A stretch of 64,000 nucleotides of DNA from Eledone cirrhosa (Eukaryota). The translations under genes and the position numbers were made by a program. The stretch lies in assembly GCA_964016885.1 (NCBI GenBank), contig OZ024747.1, positions 68,324,001-68,388,000 on the forward strand. The letters are read 5' to 3'. A model generated the notes under the pieces. The model was not told where the DNA came from and searched no databases. It saw only the letters and a list, made by a program, of their open reading frames with translations. The stretch's first letter is position 1. Each line of letters opens with the position of its first letter. Of the stretch, positions 60,449 through 64,000 are shown one piece after another.

Positions 60449-61051
60449 CATACACACGTAAACACATATGTATATAAAATTTTGTTTTTAGGTTGTTGAT
60501 TAACATGTCTGATGAGCAGATTGATGCTAGAATCGAGTTTATAATACACATATTAACCTTGAACCAACCATCTGTGAAACGTACGTAACTGGTTGACAAT
60601 GTATTGTGTGTTCAATTCCTGGACTGGGTTGTGTGTTGCGTTCTTCCGCAAAACACTTCATTTCATGTTGCTCCAGTATACTCTGCAAAAAATTAGTACT
60701 AGCAATAACGGGGACTTTAACCCTGCGATGGACTGGCGTCCTGTCCAGGGGGGGGGGGGGAGTATTGTACTCTCAGTCGCTTAACGTCATGAAGACCGGG
60801 ATAAGGACTGGCCTGACGAGCCTCCGGATTCGAGACAGATTTTAGACTTTAGACCCTATATGAATTCTAGGTCCGTGATTGGTCATTCCATATGCTTGTT
60901 TGTTTTCTGGCTGCTACGTTTGATGTGATTTTTGCTGTGTTAACACTGGTCTGAAGATCAGGCAGACTTAGTGTCTGGTCTGGAGTGTCAACTCAAATCA
61001 CGAGCCAGCTGTTTGGGACATAAATCTCCTATGTAACTCCTCCACTTTGTT

Positions 61052-61094
<43 letters not shown>

Positions 61095-61180
61095 TAGTTC
61101 CCGCCAAAAGTAACGAGATTTAGAGTAAGAAAAATATTTTAATTTAATAATTGTATATAAAGACGCTTGGATCTTAAATT

Positions 61181-61786
61181 TTTCTTGATCGTCAACCTGT
61201 TTTTGTTTTACACCGACCATAGGCTGGCACTTTATTCCACTACTTCAAGAGAATGAAAGGCAAAGCTGGCCTCAGCGGGATTTGAACTCAGAGCACAGAA
61301 AGCTGGAATGAATACCGCACAAAGTATTTCATCCGATACTCTACCGACTGTCAATTCACCACTTATATTTACTTATATACACGAGCAATGAGGAAGATAT
61401 ATGTTTTATAATTGAAAGGAATGTTCAGCCTAGCACACAAAATTACATTTTCTGTATCTATCTTCCTTCTACTTTTCTTTCTTTTCTTTATGTTTATATC
61501 TTTTATTGTCGTACACGACAATAAAAGATATAAAGGCTGAACATTCCTTTCAATTATAAAACATATATCTTCCTCATTGCTCGTGTATATAAGTAAATAT
61601 AAGTGGTGAATTGACAGAGTCGGTAGAGTATCGGATGAAATACTTTGTGCGGTATTCATTCCAGCTTTCTGTGCTCTGAGTTCAAATCCCGCTGAGGCCA
61701 GCTTTGCCTTTCATTCTCTTGAAGTAGTGGAATAAAGTGCCAGCCTATGGTCGGTGTAAAACAAAAACAGGTTGACGATCAAGAAA
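61181..61786. repeat. Near-perfect inverted duplication (arms 61181-61431 / 61534-61786) including an old SINE
   Basis: The arms appear to differ only by a 2-bp indel. A nested 20-bp-arm hairpin lies at 61493-61534. Confidence 0.92.
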
Positions 61787-61896
61787 TAGTTGTAAGAATA
61801 TGTAAGACAACGTAGACATTGTGTGTTGGTATGTCTGTTTTGTGAATGTGGTTGTATGTCGGCATGTAGATATGTGTATATATATATATATATACA

Positions 61897-61941
<45 letters not shown>

Positions 61942-62099
61942 GGTGTGTATATATATATATATGTATACACACTTTGATTACCTGTACAGGCAATATTTAT
62001 GATAATGCTTAAGAAGTGTGTATACATTTTTGGGGGACACCCTGTATCTATCTATCTATATATCTATATATATATATAGAGATATATAGATACAAACAT

Positions 62100-62133
<34 letters not shown>

Positions 62134-62620
62134 GAGTGTACATATATATACATATATATTCATGTGTGTGTCTGGAGGTATGTGATTTACACATCATTTA
62201 CATTTGATAATACACGTGATTACCTTTATATCTGTTCGTCTGACAGGCCTATATTTAAAATGTCACATTAGTTTGTATTTTACGTTGATTTTCATTTCTG
62301 ATAATTACCCAAGAGGTGACAACACCTTTTATCCGTTGAGAGTTGACTAGGTTAACAATAACGCAGTAGACCCAAAGACTAACCATGTGTTTACACCTGG
62401 AAAGTTCCTCTCCAAAGCGCAATATTGAGCAAGGTGCTTTTACGTAAGAAGAACAGTCTACCGAAGAGGAATACAAAGCACCAGTGTGATTGCAACACAT
62501 TCTGTCCAGCAGAGTGAATGGACCAACATTAAATAAGGTGTTTTGCTCAAAGACACAACGCGCTGGTCCAGGAACGGAACTCGCAAAGTCACCACTACTC
62601 CTGGCCTCCTACACAGAAAC

Positions 62621-62709
<89 letters not shown>

Positions 62710-62859
62710 CGAAGCAGTTGTGGTAAGGAACCAGATGGTCCAGAAATTGCCGTCGAAACGGCCTGAGCTGTGCCGTCGGGGTCATACTTTTTCCTATATA
62801 TATGTATATATATATATACATAAATATATACATATATACATAAACATATATATATACAT

Positions 62860-62898
<39 letters not shown>

Positions 62899-62988
62899 CA
62901 CATATATATATAAACATACACTATTACATATATATAGATACATACACATATATATACATACACATATATATATACATACACATATATT

Positions 62989-64000
62989 TTTAACGGACAC
63001 GTAGGTAAACACTGCGACGGCTTCAATAGAGTACATGGAGGCCATGGAGTTGGCACAAGGAATGAGGAAGGATTCAGACTTCTAGAATTCTGCGACGCCA
63101 ATGACATGTCGATATGTAACACAAACTTTAAAAAACCCGACAACCACCTGATCACCTATAGATCAGGGGAGCACTCTAGTCAGTTAGATTTTATCCTCAT
63201 CAGAGGACGTGACAGATGGACGGTCGTAAACACAAAAGCCTTCCCTAGTGAGGAATGTACATCCCAACATAGCTTAGTTGTCAGCGACCTCACGGTCAGA
63301 ACTAGACGAGCCCTGAAACAGAGGCCAACCTGGAGAAGAAAGATCTGGAAGCTGAAAGTCCCCTCAACCAGTAACAGATTTAAAGATATTTTACTCAACG
63401 CCTACGACAGTAAAGAAGAACAGATAGAGACATTTAACGTAGAAGAGAACTGGGAGTTCCTAAAAAATAACTTACTAGAGGCGACGGATGAGGTTTGTGG
63501 CTGGAGTAAGACCTCAAGCAGGAGGAGAGTGACTTGGTGGTGGAACAATAAGGTAGATGAAGCAGTCAAGGCCAAGAGACAGGCATGGAAAGAATGGAAG
63601 AACGGGGGGAGCAGGGTACATTACATAGAGACCAAGAGGGAAGCTAGGCGACAAGTATACTTAGCTAGGAGGGAAGCAGAGGATAGAAAATTCAAGCATG
63701 TTTTACAACGTGAGGACCAGAAACAGGAGGTATTCAAGATTGCGAGGCAGTGTGTCAGAGATAGTTGTGATGTCATTGGAGAGAAGTGTATCCGGAATGA
63801 TAAAGGTGAGCTTGCCCTCACAAGTGCTGAGAAGAAAGATGCATGGAAGAGTCATTATGATAGATTACTAAATGAGGAGAATGCATGGGAAGAAGAGACC
63901 CTACCCCACGTAGACCCTATAGAGGGACCAGCAGTACAAGTCAGCGGCAGCGTAGTAAGTAAGGCAATCAGAGATATGAAGATAGGGAAGGCAACCGGTC
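62989..64000 (+). mobile_element. 5'-truncated RTE (BovB-like) LINE; open ORF from late APE domain towards RT, continuing past the window edge
   Basis: FNGHVG...[19 protein letters not shown]...ICNTNFKK...ITYRSG...QLDFIL...QHSLVV...TWWWN...MKIGKATG: 337 codons with no stop. Confidence 0.93.

Overview
Repeat-dense animal genomic DNA. The SINE, RTE and microsatellite content resembles an octopod cephalopod, which is an inference. One host gene is recognisable on the minus strand, and the ORF track misses it because it is spliced. It is a Rab27-effector of the MyRIP/melanophilin (Slac2) type, with three clear Slp-homology-domain exons at 33505-33384, 32727-32506 and 29078-28954. Two probable 3' exons at 2183-2091 and 1868-1831 would complete a short 199-aa protein. 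The inferred ~27-kb intron holds an apparently intact CR1-group LINE. Its ORF1 has a Myb/trihelix-like N-terminus, polyQ and two CCCH fingers. Its AUG-less APE+RT ORF2 lies in the -1 frame, overlapping ORF1 across two in-frame slippery heptamers. About 1 kb upstream of ORF1 is a 6.7-kb array of ~11 apparently identical, non-coding, highly structured 615-bp units with a hammerhead-like motif. The window also contains several Penelope-type minimal hammerhead motifs and many fold-back inversions. The remaining repeats are SINE-derived 47-bp minisatellites flanking an exon, hAT/piggyBac/Tc1 MITEs, RTE/Tx1/CR1/Penelope remnants, and an open 5'-truncated RTE running off the right edge. Nearly all other ORFs in the track are microsatellite artefacts. 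Repeat boundaries were read by eye and are approximate.
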